A stretch of DNA of 64,000 nucleotides from Actinomycetota bacterium (GTDB taxonomy: Bacteria > Actinomycetota > Actinomycetes > JBDIAW01). This document shows positions 19,620 through 28,863 of the stretch, piece by piece. A program made the translations under genes and the position numbers. The DNA lies in the NCBI GenBank assembly GCA_039812585.1, contig JBDIAW010000004.1:10824-74823 (forward strand). The letters run 5' to 3'. Under the pieces are notes generated by a model that saw only the letters and a list, made by a program, of their open reading frames with translations, ran no database searches and was not told the DNA's origin. Positions within the stretch are counted from its first letter, which is position 1. Every line of letters begins with the position of its first letter.

Positions 19620-19715
19620 ATGCATCTGAAACGACCTGGCGCACCGGACCCCACGGCCACGGGTCGCCGAACTATCGATGACACATTTGCGAAGTTGCGA
19701 AGGGGGAATGAATGA
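19620..19715 (+). CDS. 31-aa ORF coupled to the HicB-like gene (possible hicA remnant)
   Basis: MHLKRPGAPDPTATGRRTIDDTFAKLRRGNE; TGA overlaps the downstream ATG (ATGA). Confidence 0.35.
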   Translation: MHLKRPGAPDPTATGRRTIDDTFAKLRRGNE

Positions 19716-20134
19716 ACGAGAAGGTTTACCGCGTGGAATGCCGTCGCTACGGCTCCTGGTGGCAAGTCACAGTGCCGCAGGTTGAGCAGGCCTCTACCCA
19801 TGCCCGTCGTTTGGACCAGGTCGATGCTCGTGCCCGAGAGATGCTGGCTGGGCTACTCAAGATGCCCGAGGACAGTCTGCGACTGGACGTCCAACCTCAG
19901 TGGGAAGGTGATATCGCCACCCAACTGGACGAGTTGTACGCAGTGATGCGGGCCGCAGAACGGGCAGCAGACCTCAAACGCTCCACGGCGGTCATGCTGG
20001 CTGGCAAAGGCTTCACCCTGCGCGACATCGCCACCGCACTGGGCTGCACCCACCAACGAGTGCAGCAATTGATACAGGAATACCATCAGCGCCAACACGC
20101 CAAAACCACCAGCAAAAAAGGTGAAGCTGCCTAA
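19712..20134 (+). CDS. HicB-like antitoxin with C-terminal HTH
   Basis: YRVECRRYGSWWQVTVP...ARRLDQV.AR.REM N-domain; GFTLRDIATALGCTHQRVQQL HTH. Confidence 0.7.
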   Translation: MNEKVYRVECRRYGSWWQVTVPQVEQASTHARRLDQVDARAREMLAGLLKMPEDSLRLDVQPQWEGDIATQLDELYAVMRAAERAADLKRSTAVMLAGKGFTLRDIATALGCTHQRVQQLIQEYHQRQHAKTTSKKGEAA

Positions 20135-20190
20135 AACAACGCCTTCATCTGTGTGCCCCCACCAGCCTCGGTGGGGGCACACTGGTGTTT

Positions 20191-20619
20191 ATGCGAGCCA
20201 TCGTGCAACGAGTGACCCACGGCAGCGTCACGGTCGAGGGGCAGGTGGTGGGAGCTATCGACGAACCCGGGCTATGCGTGCTGTTGGGGGTGACCCACAG
20301 CGATGGGCCACCCCAGGCCGTGGAGATGGCCCGCAAGCTGGCCAATCTGCGCCTGTTGCATGAGGAGAAGTCAGTCCTCGACGTAGGTGCCCCCGTATTA
20401 GTCATCAGCCAGTTCACGGTCTATGGCAACGCTGCCAAAGGCCGTCGACCGTCCTGGGCGGCGGCGGCACCCGGCCCCCATGCCGAACCTTTGGTGCAGG
20501 CCGTGGTCGGCGGCTTACGAGAGCTGGGTCTGACTGTGGCTACGGGAGTCTTCGGCGCTCGTATGCAGGTTGGGTTAGTCAACGACGGCCCTTTCACCCT
20601 CATCCTGGACGTGGGGTGA
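20191..20619 (+). CDS. dtd: D-aminoacyl-tRNA deacylase
   Basis: MRAIVQRV, SQFT, GRRPS, GVFGARMQV.LVNDGPFT. Confidence 0.96.
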   Translation: MRAIVQRVTHGSVTVEGQVVGAIDEPGLCVLLGVTHSDGPPQAVEMARKLANLRLLHEEKSVLDVGAPVLVISQFTVYGNAAKGRRPSWAAAAPGPHAEPLVQAVVGGLRELGLTVATGVFGARMQVGLVNDGPFTLILDVG

Positions 20620-20639
20620 GGCAGACTGCGTCACTTCAC

Positions 20640-21587
20640 CTAGCGGGTGGTGAGGGTGTGGGCTTCGATGACGGCGAAGCGTTCAGTGGTGCTGGTAGTC
20701 ATCATGGGCAACTCCCCCGCAGTATCACCTGAACCCACCCAAGTGATCCGCCAACGAATCGTCCACGTCGCGCTCACCATCTGATCCGGCTGATTAACCG
20801 AGCTACTGCGGTAGCGATACCAACAATCATGCTGAGGAACCCGCAACAAATCCTGCACACTAGCCGGGTAAAACCGCACCCCCGGACCCGGGCAACTCAC
20901 CACCGGAACCCCCGGGCCAGGGGTGAACTCCAACGCCACCGGAGTCGCCATCACCTGCACCCACACACCCCCCAACCGGGTGCTATCAAACCGAGGAGTA
21001 AACACCACCGGATCAGTCCAAAACCCCGTCACCGCATTCACATACACCACCGGGCTACCCGCAGCAAGCCCACCCACATGATCGCGGGGTAACACCCCCA
21101 ACGCGATCCCCGCCGAAGGCCGAGGCAACACCATCGTCGAGGAAACCCGCCGCGCCATCACCTCAACCTGCCCACCACCCTGACGCACCGGCTTGGCATC
21201 CCGATCCAACACAGACTTCACATACCGCACCGGCACACCCGGACACTGCACTTTGGTATACCGATACACCACAGAAGTCGACGCCAACGGCGGAGCGACC
21301 GCTCCAAGAGGATTTGAGTACACCTCGGTCTGGGTCATTGGATCAAGAAACATCTCACCCTGATCGTAAAAAGTCTCCGCAATCAGCGTATAGACACAAC
21401 GATCAGGCTCAAACTTTGGTGATGAAGGAGTTTAGGTAGTCTCTTTGGTGATGATCTCAGTAGTGACACGATCGCCAATCTTGTTGATTTTAGTATGGCT
21501 TTCCTCCGCTAATACCGTTGAGGTGTCTGAAAGAAGTATCAGAGCAACAGCAATTAATAGAGCGACATAACGTCTGTAAGTTTTCAT
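20640..21587 (-). pseudogene. Secreted protein of the actinobacterial so-called ATP/GTP-binding (Ig/PKD-like) family, interrupted by one in-frame TAA at 21432-21434
   Basis: Signal-peptide ORF (ATG 21587) and the 237-aa ORF are in the same frame; reading across gives KETT*TPSSPKFEPDRCVYTLIAETFYDQGEMFLDP with no other stop; C-terminal SATWTIRWRITW.GSG..GEL pattern. Confidence 0.75.
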
Positions 21588-22564
21588 CGGCAAGTAACCT
21601 CGTTCCCAACACGCGCTAAATCTACGACCAACCATGTACCAGTTTTATCTTTTTCAACTAACGCTCTAAAGGGTGTGTCTTTGTCAAACTCACCCTTAAC
21701 TACTCCGTTTCTATCCACATAATTCACCTTGCTATCATCCCTGCAGTCATAAACTTCAATTTTATCTCTCGCAGTCCCAATGACAATTGGATTTGATCTC
21801 CACTGTCCGGACATCTTGTAATCGTTTTTTGTTATGTCATTTGCGACACCTAATGCGACTTCTGATGGCTTTTTTGCTGCTACTTTCCCGATAAGCAGCT
21901 TCCACTGATCTCTAGGATAATTTGATAAAGAGTACATCAAATCCCAATATCTCTTATAAGCAGCAAAGGCGGCTTCCTCGTCTGCATTAGATGGATGAGA
22001 TTGTGCACCAAGCCAGTAATAAGGATCGGTGTGCGGCTTGCAGTTTAATGGGCTTTGACTAGCCTTGCTGACCTTCCATTTGCCATCGGGGTCACGGATA
22101 AGTGTCGCCTCTGAGAAGCGATTGCTCACCTTGCCTATCGCGCGCCCATACTCACCCTGCTGAGTCGAGGACTGACTGAGATCTTGACAGTCAAAAATTG
22201 AAACAGCTTTCGGACTCCACGCAACCAGCTGAGGTCGAACGCCAATGAAACCCAGGTTACGAATATCGTGTTCATCCATAACGGCAGCGGCCTTCACTGC
22301 GTTATCCAAAGCTTCGCCCGTGGCCCAGGCACCCAGAGCGCTGCTCCTGCCTGAGGCAACGGTAGAGCGCAGGTTATAAGCCTTGCTGACATAGTTGCCA
22401 TACACATACAGTGCCTCGTCGTGTGACTGCCGAGTCGCAGGGGGAGAAGCGGACGGAGACGGAGCGGAAGTGGACTGGGGACCGGGGGTGTCCTGACTAC
22501 ATCCGGTGAATAAAACCACTCCCACCAGGGCAAACCCCACAACAACAAGTATTTTTCGGCGCAT
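21584..22564 (-). CDS. Low-GC lipoprotein with two tandem related domains
   Basis: Lipobox FTGC; two repeats each with Y..Y helix, DC.D.S, G.W.V and a terminal Cys; TGA overlaps the next ATG. Confidence 0.8.
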   Translation of the reverse strand: MRRKILVVVGFALVGVVLFTGCSQDTPGPQSTSAPSPSASPPATRQSHDEALYVYGNYVSKAYNLRSTVASGRSSALGAWATGEALDNAVKAAAVMDEHDIRNLGFIGVRPQLVAWSPKAVSIFDCQDLSQSSTQQGEYGRAIGKVSNRFSEATLIRDPDGKWKVSKASQSPLNCKPHTDPYYWLGAQSHPSNADEEAAFAAYKRYWDLMYSLSNYPRDQWKLLIGKVAAKKPSEVALGVANDITKNDYKMSGQWRSNPIVIGTARDKIEVYDCRDDSKVNYVDRNGVVKGEFDKDTPFRALVEKDKTGTWLVVDLARVGNEVTCR

Positions 22565-22719
22565 GATTCCTCTATGGGCAACAGGGAACAACTTCTGGAC
22601 TGATCCTGCCCCACAAAACAGCAGAAAACAATCAGAAAGCCGAATCTGTGGATAAGTGCGGCACAAGGAGACATACGGCGCCTAGGAACACAGATAACCG
22701 CATGATCACCACCACCGCC

Positions 22720-23796
22720 TTACTTGAGGGTTTTCACTCCGGTTAGGCCTCGGGAGGCCAGCGACCCTAGGCGGGGTAACTCCACGGCGGGAGTGGTGTC
22801 GGCGGGCAGGATGAGCTCTTGCGTGGCGGGAATGCCCTCCACCTGAAGGGGAGCCTGCACGTCAAGGGTGCGTTTCACCAACGCCAACGCAATCGGGCCC
22901 AGCTCGAAATGACGAACCACCGTACCCAGACGACCCACTGGTTGGCCCTGCCCATCGTGAACTGCAGCACCGGGAGTGGGCAGGCGCTCCACGCTGCCAT
23001 CTAAGTGCAGGCGCACGAGGCGGCGCGGCGGGCGACCCAGGTTGTGAACCCGAGCCACTGTCTCCTGCCCCCGATAACACCCCTTATCCAAAGCCACAGG
23101 CGCAGCTGGTGTGCCTACCCAACCCACCTCATGGGGCAGGGTGCGATGGTCGGTATCCAGACCCGCCTGTGCCAGCCCATGCTCCACACGCCAAGCCTCG
23201 AATGCCCACAGACCCGCACGCTGGTCAGGTTGGGCCGGCAGCTGAGCCACCGTGCGAGGCAACAAGGCGTCCCTCCACCGGGCTGGCTCGAGGTCTGCTG
23301 CAGGCTGGGCTTGCAGGTCAAACGTGAGGTGTGCCTGCGGCAAGCAGGCTCGGCCAGGCTGGGTCACCACTGCCCACTGCGTGCTGAGATCCTCCACGCT
23401 GATCTGGGAACGAAACACCATGGAGCGCAGGTAACGCTCCACTGTTTGCGCCTGGCCAGGCAAGGTGAGCAGCCACGTGGCCTCGCCGTCATCGACGAGG
23501 CGCACCTGGTGTTCCACATGGCCAGTAGGCGTCAGAATCAGCGCCTGCATCGCCTGCCCGGGGGCCAGATCGGCCACTGTCTGAGTGAGCAAACTATGAA
23601 GCCAGGTCAAGCGTTGAGCACCCTGGACCCGCAGCACGCCGTGATGGCTGCGGTCCACCCAGGCCTCGCCCTGGCCCCAGCGACGCTGCTCCCGGTAGGG
23701 GTCGCCGTAGTGCACCGCCACGCCGGCGTCCAGGCCTTCGCCGGCCACCGCGCCAGGACAACCCAGACTCCACCCCAGGGGCCTGCTCACTGCCAC
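22720..23796 (-). CDS. ygfZ: Folate-binding Fe-S assembly/tRNA-modification protein YgfZ
   Basis: HYGDPYREQR, signature KGCYRGQETVAR. Confidence 0.93.
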   Translation of the reverse strand: MAVSRPLGWSLGCPGAVAGEGLDAGVAVHYGDPYREQRRWGQGEAWVDRSHHGVLRVQGAQRLTWLHSLLTQTVADLAPGQAMQALILTPTGHVEHQVRLVDDGEATWLLTLPGQAQTVERYLRSMVFRSQISVEDLSTQWAVVTQPGRACLPQAHLTFDLQAQPAADLEPARWRDALLPRTVAQLPAQPDQRAGLWAFEAWRVEHGLAQAGLDTDHRTLPHEVGWVGTPAAPVALDKGCYRGQETVARVHNLGRPPRRLVRLHLDGSVERLPTPGAAVHDGQGQPVGRLGTVVRHFELGPIALALVKRTLDVQAPLQVEGIPATQELILPADTTPAVELPRLGSLASRGLTGVKTLK

Positions 23797-24320
23797 TGCT
23801 CCCCGGTGGAGCTGACCCGCTGAAGCCGAGCCGAACGCAGAGGAGCCAGCTGGGCATCTGCCTCAAACATGGCATCGTGGGCGTAGAGAAGCTCCCCCTC
23901 CACCAGGCCATAGAGGCGCTTACCGGCGGTGTAGGCCACACCGGTGCTGGTCCGCCCCACCATGTCGGTAGCCACCTCCACTTGAGCGCTGCCCGGCTGG
24001 GCGGTGCCGAGATACACCTCCACATACCCCTCAGCGTTGGCCAACAGGACCTCCACAGTGGAGGAGTCAGCACCCGACCTCCAGTAGCCACTCTCCTGCG
24101 CCTGCAAGGCGCCGGGATGCCCCTGCTCATCCAGCTGCCACACCTGGCAGGCATAGGCCAAACAAGGTTGGCCGTCGAAGCGGAAGCTCAATCGCTGCCC
24201 GAACTGAAACTCCTGACCCTGCTGCACCCCCACCCCCACACCCTCCCAGGTGCCGATCATCCACGCCACGCCAGCCAAAGCCGGGGGGAGGTTGGGGGGC
24301 AGCACCAGGGGAGCACTCAT
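23787..24320 (-). CDS. FABP/nitrobindin-like protein (DUF1794)
   Basis: WMIGTWEG.G, FGQ, ESGYWR, RLYGLVEGELLY. Confidence 0.88.
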   Translation of the reverse strand: MSAPLVLPPNLPPALAGVAWMIGTWEGVGVGVQQGQEFQFGQRLSFRFDGQPCLAYACQVWQLDEQGHPGALQAQESGYWRSGADSSTVEVLLANAEGYVEVYLGTAQPGSAQVEVATDMVGRTSTGVAYTAGKRLYGLVEGELLYAHDAMFEADAQLAPLRSARLQRVSSTGEQWQ

Positions 24321-24433
24321 CGCCGCGCCCCCTGACCACGGCCCGAGCGGGCGAACAGGAGGCCAACCAGGACTAGGCAGCCCAGCATCATCAGCGAACT
24401 GGCTGCCACAAACACCACTGCGAAGGTTCCCAT
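24317..24433 (-). CDS. Putative 38-aa single-TM small protein (absent from the ORF track)
   Basis: MGTFAVVFVAASSLMMLGCLVLVGLLFARSGRGQGARR; GGAGA RBS; TGA overlaps the nitrobindin ATG. Confidence 0.65.
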   Translation of the reverse strand: MGTFAVVFVAASSLMMLGCLVLVGLLFARSGRGQGARR

Positions 24434-24463
24434 ACTCTCCAGCCTAAAGGGGCCTGGGTAGGG

Positions 24464-25165
24464 CTACCAGCCCGAGACAGCCGTGTCGTTGCCCTCCACC
24501 TGCACCCGCAATCCCTGGGGCTGGGCGCGAACTGCAACCACGCGCATCCCTGCAGGCAACTCGCGCAGGGAGATCTGATAGCTCATCGTGTGCGCCAGCG
24601 TGGCACCCAAACCCGAGGTGACGCTGAGCTGCTGCCCCTCGACCTGCACACTGACCGGCACCAGCTGAGCCACGGCATGGGAGCCCTCCAGGAGCACCTG
24701 AGGACGGGCCACCAGCTCCTCCTCCTCCTGGGCGTTGGAGGTGGCCTCGCTACGCAGACGACGAATCCGCAGCAACCCATCCTCTCCCCCGGACAGGGAG
24801 CCCCGGGGACGGTTGGCGCGACGCTCCACCTCCGGGTAGTCCACGACGAAGCTGCCCGACAACGAACCCGCGCGGGCACTGGAGTTGCCCTGCACGCTCA
24901 CGTCGGTGAAACGAAAGTCCACCTCTTGGATCGTGAGGTCCGCCTGGTGCATCCGCACCTGCCCAGCCCGCACGTGCACCGAAGGCAAGGTGCGGCTCAA
25001 GGCGCTGGGCAGAAAGGGGAAGCCTCCCAGCGTGGTGTCTACGGGGCTACCCACCTCTTGCTCAATACGCTGGTCGACCTTGCCGGTGGCCACCACGATC
25101 GCCACCCGATCCACCACCACCAGCGCTGCCACCAGCACGGCCAGCCCGATCAGCACCTTACGCAC
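24464..25165 (-). CDS. LmeA/DUF2993-family protein
   Basis: N-terminal TM then VVDRVA, LGGFPFL, LPAGMRV. Confidence 0.82.
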   Translation of the reverse strand: MRKVLIGLAVLVAALVVVDRVAIVVATGKVDQRIEQEVGSPVDTTLGGFPFLPSALSRTLPSVHVRAGQVRMHQADLTIQEVDFRFTDVSVQGNSSARAGSLSGSFVVDYPEVERRANRPRGSLSGGEDGLLRIRRLRSEATSNAQEEEELVARPQVLLEGSHAVAQLVPVSVQVEGQQLSVTSGLGATLAHTMSYQISLRELPAGMRVVAVRAQPQGLRVQVEGNDTAVSGW

Positions 25166-25192
25166 GGCTGCCCCCTTTTCCGCTGACCCACC

Positions 25193-26053
25193 TTAACGAC
25201 TGGTCCAGGTGGTGGCGGACAGGACCACCACTCCCGCCAACAACACCCCCATGCTGGAGCCCACAGCCAAGCGGGTCAGCGGGTTGACCAAACGTTGCAG
25301 TGGGCGCAACGCAGGTCGAGGAGCTGAGATGTTCCTGAAGCTGATCATCGAGGAGACCCGCACACTGGCGCATCCCGCCGCCGCACTGCCGGCCCCCACA
25401 GCCGCCGCGAGCCATGAACGCGCCCCCACCCCCGCCACCAGGGCGCCCAGCCCAGTCGCCATCAGGGCCATCACCCACGCCAGGGCCAGTTGCGGCCAGG
25501 GGGCGAGCCGGCGAAGACGCCGCTGCTCAACCAACCACCACAGCCCCCCCTCCACACCGAGGCCCACCACGACTCCTGCCAGAGCGGCTAGGCGGATCTG
25601 TAGATGTTGGGCGTCGCTGACCTGCCTGCCACTGACCAGCCAGCCTGCACCGAGCAAGCACACCAGCGCCGCTGCCACTCCCGCAGCCAGGGAAACCGTG
25701 GCCGCCCGGCGAGGAGGGCGGCGGGTGAACTGCACCACAAACCCGAGCACCACGCTGGCCGCCACCGCACACAGCAGCACTTGGCTAGCCCGGGTTAACG
25801 CCAGCCCCGACTCGCGGCGCTGAGCCAACACCAGCCAGGTCTGCATCCCGGTAGCCAGCACAGCTGCCACCACTGCTGCACGGGTCACCGCTGGAATCAG
25901 CTGCCGACGCCAGCCGAGCAGAAACACCACCTGGCACACAGCCAGCGCCACCAGCAGCCACATCCCGCCCCGCCACAAACCCCACCCCACCCCAGTCAGA
26001 AAGACCAGGGTGCAGAGGGCAAGCCAGCTCAGGCCGGTTTTGGGCAGGGGCAC
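25193..26053 (-). CDS. Multi-pass membrane protein, unknown function
   Basis: About 8 hydrophobic segments; same strand as its neighbours. Confidence 0.6.
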   Translation of the reverse strand: MPLPKTGLSWLALCTLVFLTGVGWGLWRGGMWLLVALAVCQVVFLLGWRRQLIPAVTRAAVVAAVLATGMQTWLVLAQRRESGLALTRASQVLLCAVAASVVLGFVVQFTRRPPRRAATVSLAAGVAAALVCLLGAGWLVSGRQVSDAQHLQIRLAALAGVVVGLGVEGGLWWLVEQRRLRRLAPWPQLALAWVMALMATGLGALVAGVGARSWLAAAVGAGSAAAGCASVRVSSMISFRNISAPRPALRPLQRLVNPLTRLAVGSSMGVLLAGVVVLSATTWTSR

Positions 26054-26074
26054 CCTTCTATCCTGCCCTATGGG

Positions 26075-27070
26075 TTAGCGCCGAAGGTTGAACTCCAGGG
26101 TGCTGGTATCACCCTGGGCCCCGCTGGGCTCCTCCGCCGGCAGCCCGGGGTGGGTTTGCGTGGCGACCTGCTCACGCAGATGGTGTTGCTGATCGTGCAG
26201 CAGGCGTTGCTCGCGGCGTTGGCGTATCACCAGCCGCACGCTGGCGACCACCGCAACGACCCATACCAGAACGATCAGCGCGTACACCCCGTGCACAGTG
26301 TCGCTGGAGGCGTGCAGGCTTTTCATCAGCTGCCGTGCATTGGTGAAGATGATCAACCCCCCGACCAGACTGCCCAGCATGGCCGTGGGAATGACACGCA
26401 CCAAGAAAGCGGCTAAGGGAGCAGCCACCATGCCGCCAATCAGCAGCGCCAGCACGACGTTCCACACAATGCCTTGGCCTCTCAGGCCCAGCAGAAACCC
26501 CAGGCTGGCCCCCACGGCAACGAGGAACTCACTGGTGTCCACGGTGCCGATGACCGTACGCGGTTGCATTCGCCCGGCGGAGATCAGGGTGGGGGTGGCG
26601 ATCGGGCCCCAGCCACCACCTCCCGTGGAGTCGACAAAACCCGCCACCAGCCCCAGTGGAGCTAGAAAACGCGAGCCATGCTCCGGCAGCCCGACCTGCA
26701 TCGGCACCCCACGCGCGAACCGCAGCAGGATGTAAACCCCCAGCAACAGCAACAACGCGGCCATCCACGGCTTGGCCTTTTCCGTGGACAGGTTGCTCAG
26801 CACCGTCGCCCCCGCAAAGCCCCCGAGGGCACCGGGTAGGCCAATGCGGCGCACCACTTTCCAGTCGACGTTGCCGAAACGCCAGTGGGAGGTCCCCGAG
26901 GCCAACGTGGTCCCGATCTCGGCCAGATGCACCGACGCTGATACCGCCGCAGGAGCGAACCCCGCCGCCAGCAGCAGACTTGAGGAGGTCACTCCGTAAG
27001 CCATCCCCAGGCTGCCATCCACCATTTGCGCCGCAAAGCCCACCAGGGCTAATGCAATGATCTTGTTCAC
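26075..27070 (-). CDS. Sulfite exporter TauE/SafE family
   Basis: AQMVDGSLGMAYGVTSSS, SGTSHWRFGNVDW, GGGGWGP, GTVDTSEF. Confidence 0.9.
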   Translation of the reverse strand: MNKIIALALVGFAAQMVDGSLGMAYGVTSSSLLLAAGFAPAAVSASVHLAEIGTTLASGTSHWRFGNVDWKVVRRIGLPGALGGFAGATVLSNLSTEKAKPWMAALLLLLGVYILLRFARGVPMQVGLPEHGSRFLAPLGLVAGFVDSTGGGGWGPIATPTLISAGRMQPRTVIGTVDTSEFLVAVGASLGFLLGLRGQGIVWNVVLALLIGGMVAAPLAAFLVRVIPTAMLGSLVGGLIIFTNARQLMKSLHASSDTVHGVYALIVLVWVVAVVASVRLVIRQRREQRLLHDQQHHLREQVATQTHPGLPAEEPSGAQGDTSTLEFNLRR

Positions 27071-27158
27071 TTCACCCCCCGTATTGTCTACTATTCCGGT
27101 AGGAAATGTAGCACTCTGAAGTGGCTGCAGACTAGCCCCCAAACGAGCGAACTACTGC

Positions 27159-27719
27159 TTAGCCCTCCATCCGCCAAGGGCCGGGCCACGGCGTAGGTGG
27201 TTGACCCTCGAGTTGGCGAAAAAACTCCTCGCGCACCCAGTCAAAGAGGGCCTGCGGCAAGGGTGGCATCTCCACCGAGAGCAACTGGCCAGTTTTGGCG
27301 TAATGATTGAGACGATCAATACAGCGCCACACGTAGGTGATGATCGCATACGCCTGCGGATTGGTGGGGTATTCCATATCGAGGCGGTCTTTGCCCTGCT
27401 CCTGGGCTAGTTGACGCTGCTGACGCCCCCACGCGGAGATCTCTGCCAAGTGCTGGTTCATCAACTCCTGGTAGATCACCACAGGCTGCGGGGGAGCGGT
27501 GCCCCGAGACCGACAGTCCAGGGCCATGAGGGAGATCTCCCACAGCAAAGCCTGAGTACAGGTGTCCAGCTGCACCCCGATCTGCACCGGGTAGTCCAAC
27601 AGCCGTACCACCGGCACCTGCTGCGGATCAAACGGTCTGTCCTGCAGCTGAGTCTGCCAAGGTCCCCGCGTTACATCTGGGGCCACCACGGCCCCACCCA
27701 GTACGTCAGCCTCATCCAC
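27159..27719 (-). CDS. Conserved-looking hypothetical protein
   Basis: Globular composition; C-terminal LLS...P....FDWVREEFFRQLEGQPPTPW resembles a domain recalled from actinobacterial HATPase fusions. Confidence 0.6.
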   Translation of the reverse strand: MDEADVLGGAVVAPDVTRGPWQTQLQDRPFDPQQVPVVRLLDYPVQIGVQLDTCTQALLWEISLMALDCRSRGTAPPQPVVIYQELMNQHLAEISAWGRQQRQLAQEQGKDRLDMEYPTNPQAYAIITYVWRCIDRLNHYAKTGQLLSVEMPPLPQALFDWVREEFFRQLEGQPPTPWPGPWRMEG

Positions 27720-27721
27720 AG

Positions 27722-27764
27722 TGCTGCCTCCTCTCCCCACCACGGTAGGGCAGAGGAGGCAGCA
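27722..27764. promoter_or_regulatory. 13-bp hairpin that sequesters the RBS of 27159-27719 (or terminates the upstream gene)
   Basis: TGCTGCCTCCTCT (27722-34) pairs with AGAGGAGGCAGCA (27752-64); on the minus strand GAGGAGG lies in the stem just before the GTG. Confidence 0.6.
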
Positions 27765-27779
27765 GAAGCTCAGCAGGGG

Positions 27780-28793
27780 TTAGGCAGCCAGAGCGTGAGT
27801 ATGGTGCGGGTCGTTGCGAGCGTCCCGGGACACGCCACGATCGGCGAGTGGTTGCGAACCACCCAATGTCGTATAGGCAGCTGATTCATGAACCCCAGAT
27901 CTTTCCGGCGCGTTGGGACGTCCTGGGTAGCTAGGAGTATTTCCCTGAGCCACACGGCCAGAGTTGACTTCATCTTTCTGTACTTGTTTCTGCGCTTGGT
28001 CGCCTCTCCCATGATCAGGCGTTTGCTGCCTGAGCTCTTGCCTCATTCGATCAGGGTGTGTCAATTCGTTGGTCGCCGGGAGATTCCTCGACGATGCAGT
28101 ACCGGCAGATTGAGTTAACTCTGGATGAAGCCTCCGAGAGTTTTCGTCAACGAGTGTGGATGTTTGATCAACGTTAGCTCCCCGATCCCGCCGTGCATCG
28201 ACTGCTGGAGTGTGGACCTGTGGGACCGCAAGGCTCTGCACACTGGTGGGATGGCTGGTCCCTGGTACTCCAAGGGCCTGTAGCGACCGCCTATCTGCGG
28301 CAGTGGCCGTAGCCGCCAGATCCTCAGCAGAAACCTCTCGCACGTGCAAGTCCCCCACCCGTGTAGGGGTTTGGGTCATAGTCGAGGAGGCAACCTCAGC
28401 CCCTTGATGGTCATCAACCCCAAGACTTTGAGGAAGAGCCACAGCTGCCGGTGTGGTTGCTTGAGGTGCGCCTGAGTTGACCCGGCTCGGATCCTGAACC
28501 GTGCTGATAGGGCGCAGGTTTTGATGAGGTGTGTCAATACCTGTAGCAACTGCAGGTGATGGAGCGTCTGTGACAGCCGGGGCAAGTTCCCCATTTTTAC
28601 CCAGAACTGGGACCGTTAGCTGCGTGCCCGCTTCCTGGGGTGCCAAAGGCGGATTCGCCTCACCTTCCCCACCATCACCTGCTCCATCAGCCACTTGGGA
28701 CGGATCTTCCATGACGCGACGGAAGGCCTTCAAGTGCTCGGGGATTTGCTCACCAGGGGAGGTTGGTGAAAGCTTGGTACTCATGGTGGGCAT
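27780..28793 (-). CDS. Orphan, probably disordered protein
   Basis: 337-aa ORF rich in A/P/T/S/Q/D with no recognised motif. Confidence 0.5.
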   Translation of the reverse strand: MPTMSTKLSPTSPGEQIPEHLKAFRRVMEDPSQVADGAGDGGEGEANPPLAPQEAGTQLTVPVLGKNGELAPAVTDAPSPAVATGIDTPHQNLRPISTVQDPSRVNSGAPQATTPAAVALPQSLGVDDHQGAEVASSTMTQTPTRVGDLHVREVSAEDLAATATAADRRSLQALGVPGTSHPTSVQSLAVPQVHTPAVDARRDRGANVDQTSTLVDENSRRLHPELTQSAGTASSRNLPATNELTHPDRMRQELRQQTPDHGRGDQAQKQVQKDEVNSGRVAQGNTPSYPGRPNAPERSGVHESAAYTTLGGSQPLADRGVSRDARNDPHHTHALAA

Positions 28794-28863
28794 CCTTCAG
28801 GTTGAGGGGAATGTATTGATCCACAGTTTGCCAGGTGAGAAGCAGTTCGGCTCAGTCAATGCT

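Noticed and set aside
22647-22655. Perfect DnaA box TGTGGATAA
   Set aside because: A single box with no cluster and no dnaA/dnaN nearby; not oriC
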